A DNA stretch of 64,000 bases from the NCBI GenBank assembly GCA_040357565.1, contig JBDODJ010000028.1. One strand, 5' to 3'. The DNA comes from Cercozoa sp. M6MM (lineage: Eukaryota; Protista; Endomyxa: Ascetosporea). The translations under genes and the position numbers were made by a program. The notes beneath the pieces were generated by a model. The model searched no databases. It had not been told where the DNA came from and was given only the letters and a program-made list of their open reading frames with translations. Shown in pieces: positions 1-29,873 of this stretch; the stretch's first letter is position 1; each line of letters opens with the position of its first letter.

Positions 1-44
<44 letters not shown>

Positions 45-50
45 CCTCAG

Positions 51-238
51 TGCTCTTTGTTCTCAGTCAAATCATTGAGAGCTGCGAGGGACAAGACCTG
101 GACCTGCTGCAGTCCAGCCTCCAGCACATCGACGCGCTGCGGCAGGTGCTGCAGCCATCGACTTCGTCGCACTTCGTCAACGTCGACACGACGGCAACCA
201 TCGCCTCTTCGCATTTCGCCAATGGAGGGTACCTTTAA
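51..238 (+). CDS. 3'-terminal exon of an unidentified gene that begins upstream of the window
   Basis: (GT)n intron ending ...CCTCAG at 50, followed by a GC-rich open frame LFVLSQIIESCEGQDLDLLQ...ANGGYL* with TAA ending at 238. No family recognised. Confidence 0.5.
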
Positions 239-440
239 TCTTTGCATTGCAGGTGTTTAGCTATAGCTTCAGTTTGCACTTTTGGGGTTTCAGATCGGGT
301 TCCGCGTTCGCCCTGGCGAACATCCCACCGTTAGCATCAGTTCCGGTTTCGCCTGCGCTGCTGCCTGCCAAACTGGTTTCGCAGGCCATGACGTCTTAAC
401 TCATAACCGCGCGCCGGTGCGACGGTTTTCGTTACGTACG

Positions 441-860
441 TGTTACAGCATGATCTACTGTATCCGCGCGGAAGCCATTTTAAGACTTACAAAAAACCTC
501 AAAAGAGGTGTGGAGATTTGACGTGTGTTCGCTGGTATTCTGACCTACTGAGAGCTTCAGTCCAGACTGTGGAACACCTGTGTTTGAGTAGGGAAGCCTT
601 GAGCAAGTACCCTCAATTTACCGCTGAGCTCAAAGAAGGGCTCTCTCGACCAGGTAATCTGATCTCTCCAGGACCAGTTGTCTCCGCTTCTACCCGTCCT
701 CTGCCTTTCCAGAGGCCCTTCTTCTTTCCTCTTCTTTCTTTTTTCCTCGCCAACTCAAGTACTTCTGAACCCTCACTACTCAGTTCTGACGACGCCTTTC
801 CGTCTCAAGTACCCTCAATTTCCCAAGGCCTAACCCCTATCTGAGAGGGCTGCGCTAAAA
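441..860. mobile_element. Solo LTR (Ty3/gypsy-like termini), copy 1
   Basis: Starts TGTTAC. The right end CTGCG-CTAAAA is a decayed form of CTGCG-GTAACA seen in copy 2. Flanks TACG/TAGG resemble a 4-bp TSD with one mismatch. Homologous in several blocks to 29140-29740. Internal 16-bp direct repeat CAAGTACCCTCAATTT at 604-619 and 806-821. Confidence 0.7.
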
Positions 861-1106
861 TAGGTATGTGTTTAGTAGTTCAGTAGATCCAATTCCGTCG
901 ATTAAAGCTCTCTCTCTAGTACGCGATCGGGTGGGTTGGGCTTTCCTCCGCTACAACCGGGCGTGGGTCCGGTCCACCGTCACTCGTTTATCTCCCTTCA
1001 ACTAAGTCGACTGAACAAACACGATAACGTACGCGACGGTAGCGTGTATCAGTTCGCTGTCCGGCTTGTTTTAGAGCGTGCGTAAGAGAAGATAAATCAG
1101 TCCGTA

Positions 1107-19153
<18,047 letters not shown>

Positions 19154-19664
19154 GCGACTTGTGCAGCCAGCAGCCCCAGGCGTCGGATTTTATTGGTACT
19201 GCCGATCTGCTCTTCCAGTTTTGACAGTCCCGAGAGCAGCCACACAGTACAGTATTACACGCAAAAGTGCAACCACACCGTTGCAGATCTTGGATCGGCC
19301 CAGGCTGGAACAAATGTGTGTCAACTTGGTTTGGCAAAATTCTCTTCCGCAGCTCGCAAATGTTCGTTGGAAGAAGCAGGATCTGGAATCCAACTATCAA
19401 CTGAATCATATCGAATCCTCAGTTTACTCGAAATGAGGAAAAATCCATTTTGATGAGTTTAGACGCTACTGGAGTACTTCCTTTCAAGTAGTGTTCTTCA
19501 ATCAAAATACGACAGTACAGTAATCATTTGTGGCACGATAAGACTATTGCCGCTGTGCTAACGTGTGTACCACCAGTTGTATTACGAAATCGTAGGTTAG
19601 CACGACCGTTCGCAAGGTCTGTTCCATCCTTGATGGGGAAATCATATACATTTTGTGTTGTAGG

Positions 19665-20401
19665 ATGTCGCTGACACTTCACACGTCGCACGGCGACCTT
19701 AAGATAGAGCTGGAGGTGGCTTTGTGCCCAAACCTTTGCAGGGTATAACTTAGATTTTGCTTCTGTCGTTCTGGGATTGTCTGTTATCGCGTAGAATTTC
19801 CTTGCTCTGGCTGCGAGTGGCTCTTATGACAACACAAAGTTCCACAGGTACCGCTTTTGGTTTGGCCTTTGATCGCGTCAAATCTGTCTTTTGTGGCAAA
19901 CAGAAATGTGGCCAAGTTCATGATTCAGGGCGGGGATCCCACTGGCACAGGTAAGGGTGGCGAAGCCATCGATGGCGGCTACCTGGACGACGAGATTGTC
20001 GACACCTTGCGACACTCCGAGAGAGGCATTGTTGCCATGGCCAACAGAGGCAGCAACACCAACGGTAGTCAGTTCTACATCACGTACGGCCCGATGCCGT
20101 CGCTTGACGGGTCCGTTTTGTTCCTGGTCTCTCAGTGCGCACAGGGTAGTTTCCTTGTGAACCTGTAGTCACTCATCGATCATTGGTCGCGTCGTAGACG
20201 GCCTCAGCACCCTTGATGTACGCTTCTTGTTTGTTATTTTCTTTTGCAATATCCTTTCCATCTCTCTTTGTGTGACAGGCCATGGAGAGGGTCCCTGTTA
20301 AGGGCAAGAAATGCCGTCCGCTGCAAGACATTGTGCTTCAGTGTGTCACGATCCATGCCAACCCCATCGCCCAGGAAGAGGTGCCGGCTGCTGAGTCATA
20401 G
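19665..20401 (+). CDS. PPIL3: Cyclophilin-type peptidyl-prolyl isomerase, PPIL3/Cyp10 type (5 exons)
   Basis: Spliced [63 protein letters not shown]...[21 protein letters not shown]...VTIHANPIA. The [11 protein letters not shown] start and VTIHANP end are PPIL3 hallmarks. Confidence 0.92.
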
Positions 20402-20644
20402 GTTTTACGTTGCGGCCGTGAACTCATCGTGATAGCGTAGCTAGCCCACTGAACTGTACGCAGGTCTCTCAGTCTCAGTCTAAAGTGAGGAAAATAACTG
20501 TACATCCGCGTACTAACGCACGGTGCGTGGATGTCTAGTCTTTTGCACCAGAAGAAGCCTCCAAAATGGGGTTTCGTGCCAGTGAATCCAACGAGGCAAG
20601 CCGAGAACGTCATGAACGCATGTTGATGCAGCCGCACCGGACGC

Positions 20645-21241
20645 TTACTCAATCTTCTTGGCCTGTCGCAGCTGGTACAGGTAGTTGAGACGCGGCGGCA
20701 GGAAGTAGTTCGGATCTTGGTCGCGCTTGTGGAACTGCGAGTGATAACCCAGTGATAAAACAACACATATAGACAGCGGACGAAAGAAAGGACCTCCTCC
20801 TCCATGTCATGCTGGTCAAAGATGGGCTCGCCCCAGACGAGCGTCTCAGCGGCGAGCGAACCGTACGGCACACCGAGGGCCTTGCACATCTCCTCCTTGC
20901 GGAACTCGTCGGCAGCCACCTGAGCGCCGATCTTGTTGCTCTTCACGATGCCGTATTCGATACCAAAGTAGAAGGCGAAGAAACCTAGGCGGCTGAACAC
21001 AAAAATTGAGAACATCCAGCAGAGTTTTAAAAAAAAAGATCAGGAAAAAGCAACAATCAAAACCGGAAATGCAAAACATCGGACAGGAGAAATCAGAGTG
21101 CCGCTCAAGCATAAAATTATGCATGTTTGGTTGGCGGTGCGCGCCTGCCACGCCCCAACAGCACCATTTCACCGGTGCCCGAAAAAGAAAATGCATGACA
21201 TACTGCAGCAGCGCCGACCGGTGCCAGATGAGCCACAGCAT
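20645..21241 (-). CDS. Small (about 108 aa) protein with an N-terminal hydrophobic segment, unknown function (3 coding exons)
   Basis: Spliced MLWLIWHRSALLH|RLGFFAFYFGIEYGIVKSNKIGAQVAADEFRKEEMCKALGVPYGSLAAETLVWGEPIFDQHDMEEE|FHKRDQDPNYFLPPRLNYLYQLRQAKKIE*. GT-AG phases are consistent and codons are strongly C/G-ending. Confidence 0.65.
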
Positions 21242-21541
21242 AGTGTTATCTGTGAAAGCAACAAGAAGCCGTATGGCCGTCCTTGTACGTTGGTTTCTTG
21301 TGGCTCACCTGAAGCGATTTTGAGCCGGAGTGCCTTCCTCGCGTTTTCAACAAGTTCGGGAGTGGCATCGCATTTTGTCCATCCAAGCACAGCTTCCGCT
21401 AGTACAGTTGCAATTGGTTTAACCAGACAACGGATGGTTAGTTAGTTCAGTCTACTCAGAAACCAACTATCATCTGTAGTTCCGCTGCTCATCAAACAAC
21501 GGATACTAACACAGTATCAAAGTTTGAAGATGATGTTGACT

Positions 21542-23845
21542 TCAGTCAGTCGAATCAGTCCAGTCGACAGTCGCGGCAACACGAAGAAGTCGTTGGATGC
21601 CGCGTGCAGCCACAGTGACGTTGCTCATTTGCGTGACTGGGTCCGTTCCCTCTGCACAAGACACAGTGACGAGTCAAATGATATGTAATGCGCAAGCGTG
21701 TAATGCGCAAGCGTGTGTACGAACATACCGGGCTCGCGAATAAGGGAGCCACTCCAGATCTTGGCCAAGCTGGACAGCGGCATGAGGTTGTCTTCGCGAT
21801 TGGCGTCGATATCCGCACAGAGTCTTGACAGACACACCAATGCCGCACGCTCACGCTCATCAAGCGACATCAGCAGTTTGTGTGCCTCAGCGACCTCGCT
21901 GTCGGTAGCGACGTTGGCCAACGCGATCACCTCATCGTGCGGCAGAAGCGCTTGTGGCAGCTGTGAGAAGAAGCGCTTCAACAGCGAGCACACAGTCGGT
22001 GTCGATTCCTTCGAAAGGTCCCACTCTTCGGAAGCAGTCAGAAAATTAATTCAAAGCACACGAAAGATTTGAGCAAATGTGGAAACAGAAGTCAGCAGTA
22101 CGGTCAGAAGGAATCGTGCACAACTCGAGAACGCGTTCATGGTTTCCTGCTATCCGAAAAACACCAACTTCTTTCAAGGCGCGTTCGCGAACCTAAATTG
22201 CGCAATTTGCTCTCGAGCACGCATGACACAATGGCAGCGCATTACCTCGCGCACACAGCGGGCAACGATACGCGTGACCCGCTGCTCAGTCCCGTCGGTG
22301 GTTTGACTGACTGGCACTTGTTGGAGAGGAAGACCAAATTCTCCAGTCGAGCGACGTTCATCTGCGTCAAACGTGTCTGGTTGCATTGTAGCATAGGTGA
22401 CTGGTTTAAGATACCATCTTTGTCTTCACTTTGCACACGCCGGGCCAGAATTATGCCTGTTACGACAACAACTACGGCGACACCCGCTGTCACCAGCACC
22501 TACAGCCCGTCAAATCCATCCAACCGTAAAGCGACAGCAAAGATCAGTGACACCATTCGGTGCATGCAGCTTTCCTCTAAGGTTAGCGCTCCAGAACGCA
22601 CAAAGAAAGGTACAGTATGCAGTCCAGCATCGATCAGGCAAACGAGGTCAAGCAGCACGCGGCCCCTTTAACGATCCAGACCTCCAGCCACCTTGACGTC
22701 ACGTGTACAATACAGCTTTAGGCGCGCTTTACCGGAGTTAATTTTGCGAAATGAGTTGCACCGCGCGCCTTCGCAGCGTTGTGCCTCTGTCAGCCCGAAC
22801 AACGCTTCTGCGATTGCGCGTCGATGGAACGTGCTTGAGCTGCTTCCGCGCGGGACAACATGTACGCTTCGCACTGCCCGACCAAAGTGAAAGCGAGCGC
22901 TACCAGGGTGCGTTTTCCATCGCATCGTCACCGCAGACATTTCTGTACAGCTGCCAATTCGTTGATGGAGCTTTGACAATACTTGCGCAACTCTGGCCTG
23001 ATTTTCTTTCGGCAGTGAAAATGGCGAGTTTGAGATTCTCGTGAAACGAGCCGCTCGGTTCCGCCCGACACTGCAGTTGCTCGCAATGGTGGATAACTTT
23101 ATGTCTAGTCAACTCGCGCAGACGGAACGGATTTGCGATGCTAATGACATTCTCTGCCGCTTCGAAGGAGCGGATCTTTGCATTCCGCGCGAGTTCGACG
23201 CCGAGACTGAGTTCCTCGCTCTTGTCGGCGCTGGTGTTGGTATAGCACCGCTGCGCTCATTGTTTCTATCGCTTCTCGACACACCTTCACTCTCGACCTC
23301 GCATGCACATGTCTTGCAGCTGTATTCTCTTTTCATTGCGATGTGTTGTGACAGCAAAAGCGGTTGCATTTTGCAGTGCCAGGGACGAATCAGAAGCTGT
23401 GTGTGCTGATGATTTTCGGGAGGCAGTGAGCGAGCAAAATCAGCGGTATCGACTGATCTAATGTGGTAACACTGTGATGATACAACAAGTACGGCGTAGG
23501 TTTAGCTACGAGGCATGGATCTCCGGTGACAGCATTGCTCCAGAGAGCGTCGTTGAGAAAATCTTGTACGCACAGCGACTTCACGGTAGTTTACTTTTTT
23601 CTTTTGTTTTTTGTTGGGTCCTGTGAGGGTGCAGCCATTTTCTGTATGCACTTCAGGTGGAAGGATACCTCGTGTCTTCATGTGCGGTCCGCCAGAAATG
23701 CAGCTCGCCCTGATGCCTGTCCTGCGCGAGCGGTTTGGTGTTGACAAGGTATCTTACAACTGTGTGTTCTGTCGATAGTTTGAATCTTGCATCTTAATTT
23801 GCAGTATATGCGACTGTTGTAGGTTCACTGTGAGCAATGGTCATT
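21542..23845 (-). CDS. RhoGAP domain protein (5' end uncertain)
   Basis: FGLPLQQV...ALKEVGVFRIAGN (catalytic Arg motif)...VCSLLKRFFSQLPQALL...NREDNLMPLSSLAKIWSGSL. Last exon ends ...WTDSTD*TGA at 21542-21544. Exons upstream of about 22450 are only tentatively assigned. Confidence 0.7.
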
Positions 23846-24309
23846 GCCAAAACCACAATAGAAATCGGCGAGGGATGGAGCTACGCTAGCAATCTACCGT
23901 ACGCTACGTGCACCGCATGCACATACACATACATAATTAGCGGGAGCACTCCCCTATCGTCGAATAAAAATAGTGAGCCCATAAAAAAAACTGTCGCGCA
24001 GCAAGCTATTTTTACCTTTCGTGGAGGTTGGGCATGTGTAGTGGTTGTCTATGCGTTTTTGAACTGTACTAGATGCTAATTTGTCAAATTCTCATGTGTT
24101 TCACCCAATGTCACCCGATTTGCACTCGGTGCGCCCCGATCGCTAATGATGCTCTGCACACGGCTAGTGTATTTACAGAGCACATACAGGGGGGTCAGTG
24201 AAACGTGCTATCTTTCTATACTGACCAGCATTAAGTCTACTTGTTGGCTCAGTTTTATGGGCCCACAATTTTACCTACTCAGTAAGCATCAGTACTTTGA
24301 TACTACTAG

Positions 24310-27300
24310 CTAAAGTTGTTGGACTGCCGTCAGTCGATGGACGACGACAATTTCATCGACGGTACCGGTTGTGCTCGTGTCCTCATCCGAGTCCGAATCT
24401 TCGCTGCAGCCAGTGCGTTGACTGGAACGTAAAACTGCGGGCGAGGTACTGTTGTTGAGGCTGCTCCTGTGACTAGTGGTGTGTCGTGGGTGAATTGGCA
24501 TCATCTCGACTCGGACACCATTGTGCCTCTCAGTGTTCTGAGGGCGCAAACTCACGTCGCTGCGGACAGAGACGATGCTGCACAAACTCTCGTAGCTGTA
24601 ATGCGACTCATGGCGCAGTCGCTCAGACTATCGATGTCTCTCTCAGCGATGCTCATGCGCTTTGCGTTCAAAGCAAAACTGTTGTCACTTTCGATCTCAC
24701 CGCCGGCTTCCTCTTGATCCAGAAAATTGCCATCACTGCACAATAAGTTTACATAGCTACCCGAGTTAATGCAGCTTTCTAGACGATTGATATGTAAGTT
24801 TACTGTACCCAAAGGTGCCACGGAAACCAACGGCGACGATCACGGCGAACAGCAGTGCGAGCGCGCACAAGCCAATGTTAAAGGTTTCACGCCCATACCA
24901 CAGAAACTGCGCCTCGGCTTCCTTGCTTTCGTGCTCGCGCAGCGACAGGATCGTCGCCTGTGTAACAGAACAGGGCAGCGTACAGAGACAACTTGATATG
25001 CCAATGGCCCAAAAGAGAGGGTAACTCACGTTGAGTGGGATTCCAATCAGGAGTGCTGCCGATGCGACCGAAATTGAGATGCCACTGCACAGAGGAAAAT
25101 TACATCGTTTTTGACAATGATCTGAGAAGCACATAGCGAGAGCGTATATATTTTACTAAGCCGATTTGACGAGTTGCTTGCCGGCCAGCACGCCGCATGC
25201 AGGAACGTACAACGCAAGCATGTAGAAGTGGGTGAGACCTTGCCTGAATGGACCATTTACAGTTGTCGCAGTTGAGGAAACAAGGAAAGTGTATTTGGTA
25301 AGCCTTACAGGATATTGAGTCCGATGCAAGGTAAGAAATTCGACCACGTCTGTGTCTCAATGCCGCGTGCTTTCTGCGAGCGTGTGTGTGTGTGTGTGTG
25401 TGTTGCAGTTAGGCAGTGACAATAAACCAGTCCACCCAACTGAAAAATACAGACTGAAGGAACGCACCTTGTAATCGAGAACCGTCGCTGTCACCATCAG
25501 TGCGACGTTTACGGCGGCAAAGACGAAAGGCCTAAAAGTCACACAACCGATGTTTACAGATTTAAGAAAACTGAGTGGCAATATTCAAGTGAATGTACAA
25601 AACGATGAGGGTGGTGCGACGGTGGCCCAGTCGATCGACCGCACGGCCACAAAATACAGCCAGCACACCAACGTATTTGAAGGCACTGGAGGCATACCAG
25701 TAGGGTCAGTGCGAACTCAATATCGTTGTATTTACCTTGAATACACGGCGATCGGAAACTTTTCGACGCTAAACTCGAACTGCACAAGCAAATTAGTGAA
25801 GGGAATATTGTCAAGTGTAGGATACCTGGTCGACAAGAATCTCTTTCATGCGGTATCCCGTGGTTCCATTCACGAAGTCCAGTGCCGTAAAGTACGCTGC
25901 AAAGAGAGCGGTAAAAGGATCAACTACTGTGGGTGTGGTTTACCAAGTAGCGTCCACCAGACGGCTGGCAGTTGCTTGGCGTCCCTATACGTCTGCTTGC
26001 ACGCTGTCCACAAGATTCGCACGCCACTCTGTTGCGTCTCGTTATCGGTGGTCGAGTCACCTCTCTGCAAAATACTTCCACTCTCGTGAATACATTGCGT
26101 AGAGCAACTACGGTGCTGCGTTCGGCACTGAGTCGGTCTCGGTCTTCAATCTCGTTCTAAATTGGTATGCTTTCCTGTGTAAAATTGCTTGCCTATCAGG
26201 AGAGTAAATTACCGGGTGTGGAGGAATGCAGCAAGACCAAATCGTCGCGATAAACGGCAGCGCAGCGCCCATCGAACTAAAACACAACTGTGACATAACA
26301 GTTATCCAGTAGAAACGACTAGCCGGAGGTTTAAAATTACACAACAGCAGCGGCGTTCGTGAACTTGTCCTTGGCAAACCAACGATCGTGGAACGCTTGC
26401 TCTCTGTGTGAGTGACAACCGAATTGAAGGTGACCGCACGACATGCACGGATTGAGTTGAGGCACGGTACGAGAACATTGAGTCGCCAAAGACGGCGAGA
26501 ACGTCTCCCACCCTACCCAAAACAGTTTGGTGTTCAAGTTGCCAGTACAATTTACAGTTTGTGTTCAGGTTGCCAGTTACCTCATTAGTGAAAACACGGT
26601 GGACAGTTGACCCACCGGGAACCACAACTTGATAATCACTGATGTGACGACTTTCAGTGTGCCGCTACCGAGTCCGTTGAGCAAGTAGCCAGTCTGATTA
26701 GTATCGGAATTTGTAAACAGAAGGCGACGATGCCTGGATCAGCCGTGAGACCAAACGACGTGCAATTTACCGCAACCAGCGCAAATCCGCTGCAGCCTCG
26801 AACGAAGCAGCCGAGCGCGCAAAACGAGGCGCCGATCGTTGTCACTAAATTTACACATTGCAACCGCACCAAATTTATGTATGAAACAGCTTCAGTAAGT
26901 TTACATCGAAAGTGTTGTTACCCAGGCAAGTGCACACGAGAGCGGCTTTCGAACCAAATGCTACTGCGACGGCGCTGCAGATCACGCCTGCAGGACAACC
27001 AACATCGCCGCGGTTTCCAACTGCAGTTCTTTGCTTAACTCAGCCAATTATACCCATGACCGTCATTCCAATTGCTTGCACAGCAAAGAGGTTTTCCGCT
27101 TGCATATTGAACATGTCCTAATAAAATTTAAAGCAGAATTCAAACCCACTCCGGGTAAGCACTGGGAATACCTGAAATTCCGAACTGAGCGACCTGATCG
27201 TGTTCTGTCATGTAGAATTCCGTACCAAAATCCTATGTCTAACAGATAAAGAAAATGGTGAAACGTATACTACCTTTGCCCAACCTACAGCACACAGAGC

Positions 27301-27561
27301 GATAAGCAACGCAAGCACGACGTTAACCTTCTTTCTTGCAAGCAAGGTGTCTTCACCGGAAGCCGCAGGCAAATGGCTCCCGGCTTGGTGTTTCAGCACA
27401 TTGGAGTCGCATTTTAGTGCACCAGCCTCTTGACAAGATTTGATTGACCGTGACTGTCGTTGCCGCCGGAACATACAATCCTCAGGCAGCGCGATACTGC
27501 GTTTTCGGCTCTGGGACATGCGCGGTGCGGCACTTTTACGCGACCTGCCTTGCCTGTACAT
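24310..27561 (-). CDS. Major facilitator superfamily transporter (multi-exon, 5' end uncertain)
   Basis: Successive hydrophobic exons: VNVVLALLIALCAVGWA; GASFCALGCFVRG; GLGSGTLKVVTSVIIKLWFPVGQLSTVFS (MFS TM4-5 pattern); AKQLPAVWWTLL; FVFAAVNVALMVTA; FNIGLCALALLFAVIVAVG. Followed by a Ser/acidic tail. Confidence 0.6.
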
Positions 27562-27599
27562 TTAGTTCATTCGGACAGTTGGAAGGTAACTTTGGAGCA

Positions 27600-27937
27600 C
27601 CCAAACAAGTCTGTTTTCTGTACCCGCGCGCTTCCTTAGAGCAAGTTCCGAGGTTCGTTTCGCAAGCAAACGCCAAAAGCCGACACGTGGGTGCGTTCAG
27701 TGTAGTATTGTGGCACAAAGACCGGAAAGACGGAGTAGTAATTTTCTTTGTTTCGATTCGGTTCCCATTGATCTCTGGGATCACTCATTGTCCGGTGGTG
27801 GCCCAGTCAGATGATCATGTTCGGTCTTTCGATCAACNNNNNNNNNNNNNNNNNNNNNNNNNNNNNNNNNNNNNNNNNNNNNNNNNNNNNNNNNNNNNNN
27901 NNNNNNNNNNNNNNNNNNNNNNNNNNNNNNNNNNNNN

Positions 27938-27997
<60 letters not shown>

Positions 27998-28793
27998 TAC
28001 TGGTTACAAGAAAAAAGGAAGGTGAGCGAGGGTTCCCGTCGAGCTTGTCCACAACGACTCCAGTGCACGTGACATTGCTTCATCAATGCGACAGGATACT
28101 CGAAGCGAAGGCCCGAGAAGGAGAGTTCTTAGAAGCACCGCCAGCACTACACATGTTTCTCTTTGGCTAAGCTTGGGCAGTGCCTGCAATGAAAGTACTG
28201 TACCGCCAGGGGTAAATGCCTCTCGCGTCAGTATATCGTCAGTCAGCGCGACGAACGTCGTCGGAATGTGACGTTGCATGAGTGCTTCAGGTACATCCAG
28301 CAGCAGCTATGAAAAAGCAGCTCCTGGCATTGTATTGTTGAAAAACACGGAGGAGTTAAAGTAGAAACTGACATCAGAAAGGAGACTGTCGATTCGCGAC
28401 ATGTCGCCAGCGGTAGCCTCTGTTCGACGCAAGAGAGCAAAGGCTCCCTCCAAGTCATCGTTGAGTGCGTGGTGGAACGCTGATGCAACAAAGGCAGCGC
28501 ATACATAGCTGTACTGATGCCTATCAAGGGGTCCTTCTCGATGGTCGTATTCAAACGTCAAAAGGCCATCTACCGCGCTCACGATCTGCTTAGCCGAAGA
28601 ACTTGACAGTATTATCGTCAGTGCACCTTGGATGTTCATTGACGGAAAAGCTTTTATCACGATTTGGTGCTCGCCTCACTTCAACTGAAGTTGTTTTGCA
28701 TGACGAAAACTCCAGGAAACTCGTCGCGTCGTTTCTCCAAACCCCACGTTTCCTCTGCGTTTTAACTTGAGACAGCGCCCACTTACTGCACAT
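27600..28793 (-). CDS. Unidentified coding exons (separate gene or N-terminal extension of the MFS gene)
   Basis: Open frames such as AAFVASAFHHALNDDLEGAFALLRRTEATAGDMSRIDSLL and PTTFVALTDDILTREAF bounded by plausible GT/AG sites; interrupted by an N-gap. No family recognised. Confidence 0.3.
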
Positions 28794-28853
28794 GCGCCGC
28801 CACTAGCTACAGAGCCACTGGACCTGATTCCACCCTCTTACACCCTACCCCAG

Positions 28854-29131
28854 GTGATTCCGCACACGTTGATGGAGAACTGCAGCGATTGAAGCCGGTG
28901 ACACTCTCGGGCGTCGAAGGCAACCAGACATGCTGGTCGACATGAACTCACTTGGCGTCTGGGAATGAAGAAGCAGGACACTCTGTCCCTCCGCCCTGTC
29001 CCTGTCCTTAGTACCTGCTGTGCCTGCTCTACCCCTATGACGCTCAAACCATCAAGACGGCCGTCCAGAGTGCCGCCATGAGTCTCCGCATTGACGACAT
29101 CATCTCGGGCTTGTCGGGGCAGCGGCAGTAA
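28854..29131 (+). pseudogene. CCT3: Decayed 3' fragment of chaperonin CCT/TRiC gamma subunit
   Basis: After an acceptor CCCCAG: VIPHTLMENC, then (with deletion, frameshifts and stops) GVEGN / MLVDMNSLGVWE, an intron-like pyrimidine tract, and QTIKTAVQSAAMSLRIDDIISG. This matches the CCT3 C-terminus VIPRTLIQNC...LVDMKELGIWE...QTYKTAVETAVLLLRIDDIVSG. No 5' part is present. Confidence 0.8.
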
Positions 29132-29354
29132 ACCGACAGAGCTCTCAGTAGGTCAGGATACCAGTGAACACTCGTCAAAATCTGCCACACCTCTCTTGAG
29201 GGTTTTCTAAGTCTGAAAGTGGTTTCCGCCGGATACAGTAGATCATGCTGTCACAAGAATAGTTCGGTTTATTTCAGTCTTCTAAGAACGTTCGAGCATG
29301 GTATATCGTACACGCTGACGATAATACTGTCGGTTTACTGCCGCTGCCCCGACA
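29112..29354. repeat. Perfect 28-bp inverted repeat enclosing an inverted segment
   Basis: TGTCGGGGCAGCGGCAGTAAACCGACAG (29112-29139) is the exact reverse complement of 29327-29354. Confidence 0.95.
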
Positions 29355-29740
29355 GACTGTGAAACACCTGTGTTTCAGTAGGGAAGCCTTGAGCTAGCTT
29401 TCGCAGCTGAACTCAGAAGAAGAGCCTCTGGAAAGGTAGAGGACGGGTAGAAGCGGAGACAACTGGTCCTGGAGAGAGGGAGCTCGTCTTTTTCTTCTTT
29501 CCTCTTCTTTGCTTCACGCCAACTGAATAAAAACATCTGACGGGTGTCTTTCCCGTCCACCAGTGCTTTGCCGCCCAACTGAACCGTAGGTGTAACTCCC
29601 TCTTTCAAACTGACACTTGGCCATTCTCCCTCCAAGAACACAACAGACTTTCTTACGTTCCTTAGTTTTTCGTATAGCTGGCAAAGTACTACCCTCAATT
29701 TACCAAGGCTTGACCCCTATCTGAGAGGGCTGCGGTAACA
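29140..29740. mobile_element. Solo LTR copy 2, with its left about 116 bp inverted
   Basis: Right end GTAACA at 29740 is followed by TTCT. The left end TGTGAC reads on the minus strand from 29255 and is preceded by TTCT (29256-29259 = AGAA), giving a 4-bp TSD once the inversion is undone. Block homology to 441-860. AATAAA at 29526-29531. Confidence 0.75.
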
Positions 29741-29873
29741 TTCTCGTACGTACGTATATTATACCGTCTGTACGTCGACGAGCGAGGTGGTTTCGAATTA
29801 GGTCCGGTCGCGTGAGTTGTCGGCGCTGGCTACCGTGCGCTCGGCGCGACGAAATAAGGCAAGTCGGTGGTGC

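Noticed and set aside
650-658. ATTACCTGG on the minus strand resembling the U1 snRNA 5' end
   Set aside because: It lies within the LTR, is absent from copy 2, and has no U1 stem-loops or Sm site.
829-854. CTAACCC (telomerase template-like) and CTGAGA (TPP riboswitch-like) words
   Set aside because: Short motifs at the LTR end. CTAACCC is not conserved in copy 2 (CTTGACCC) and the remaining riboswitch motifs are missing.
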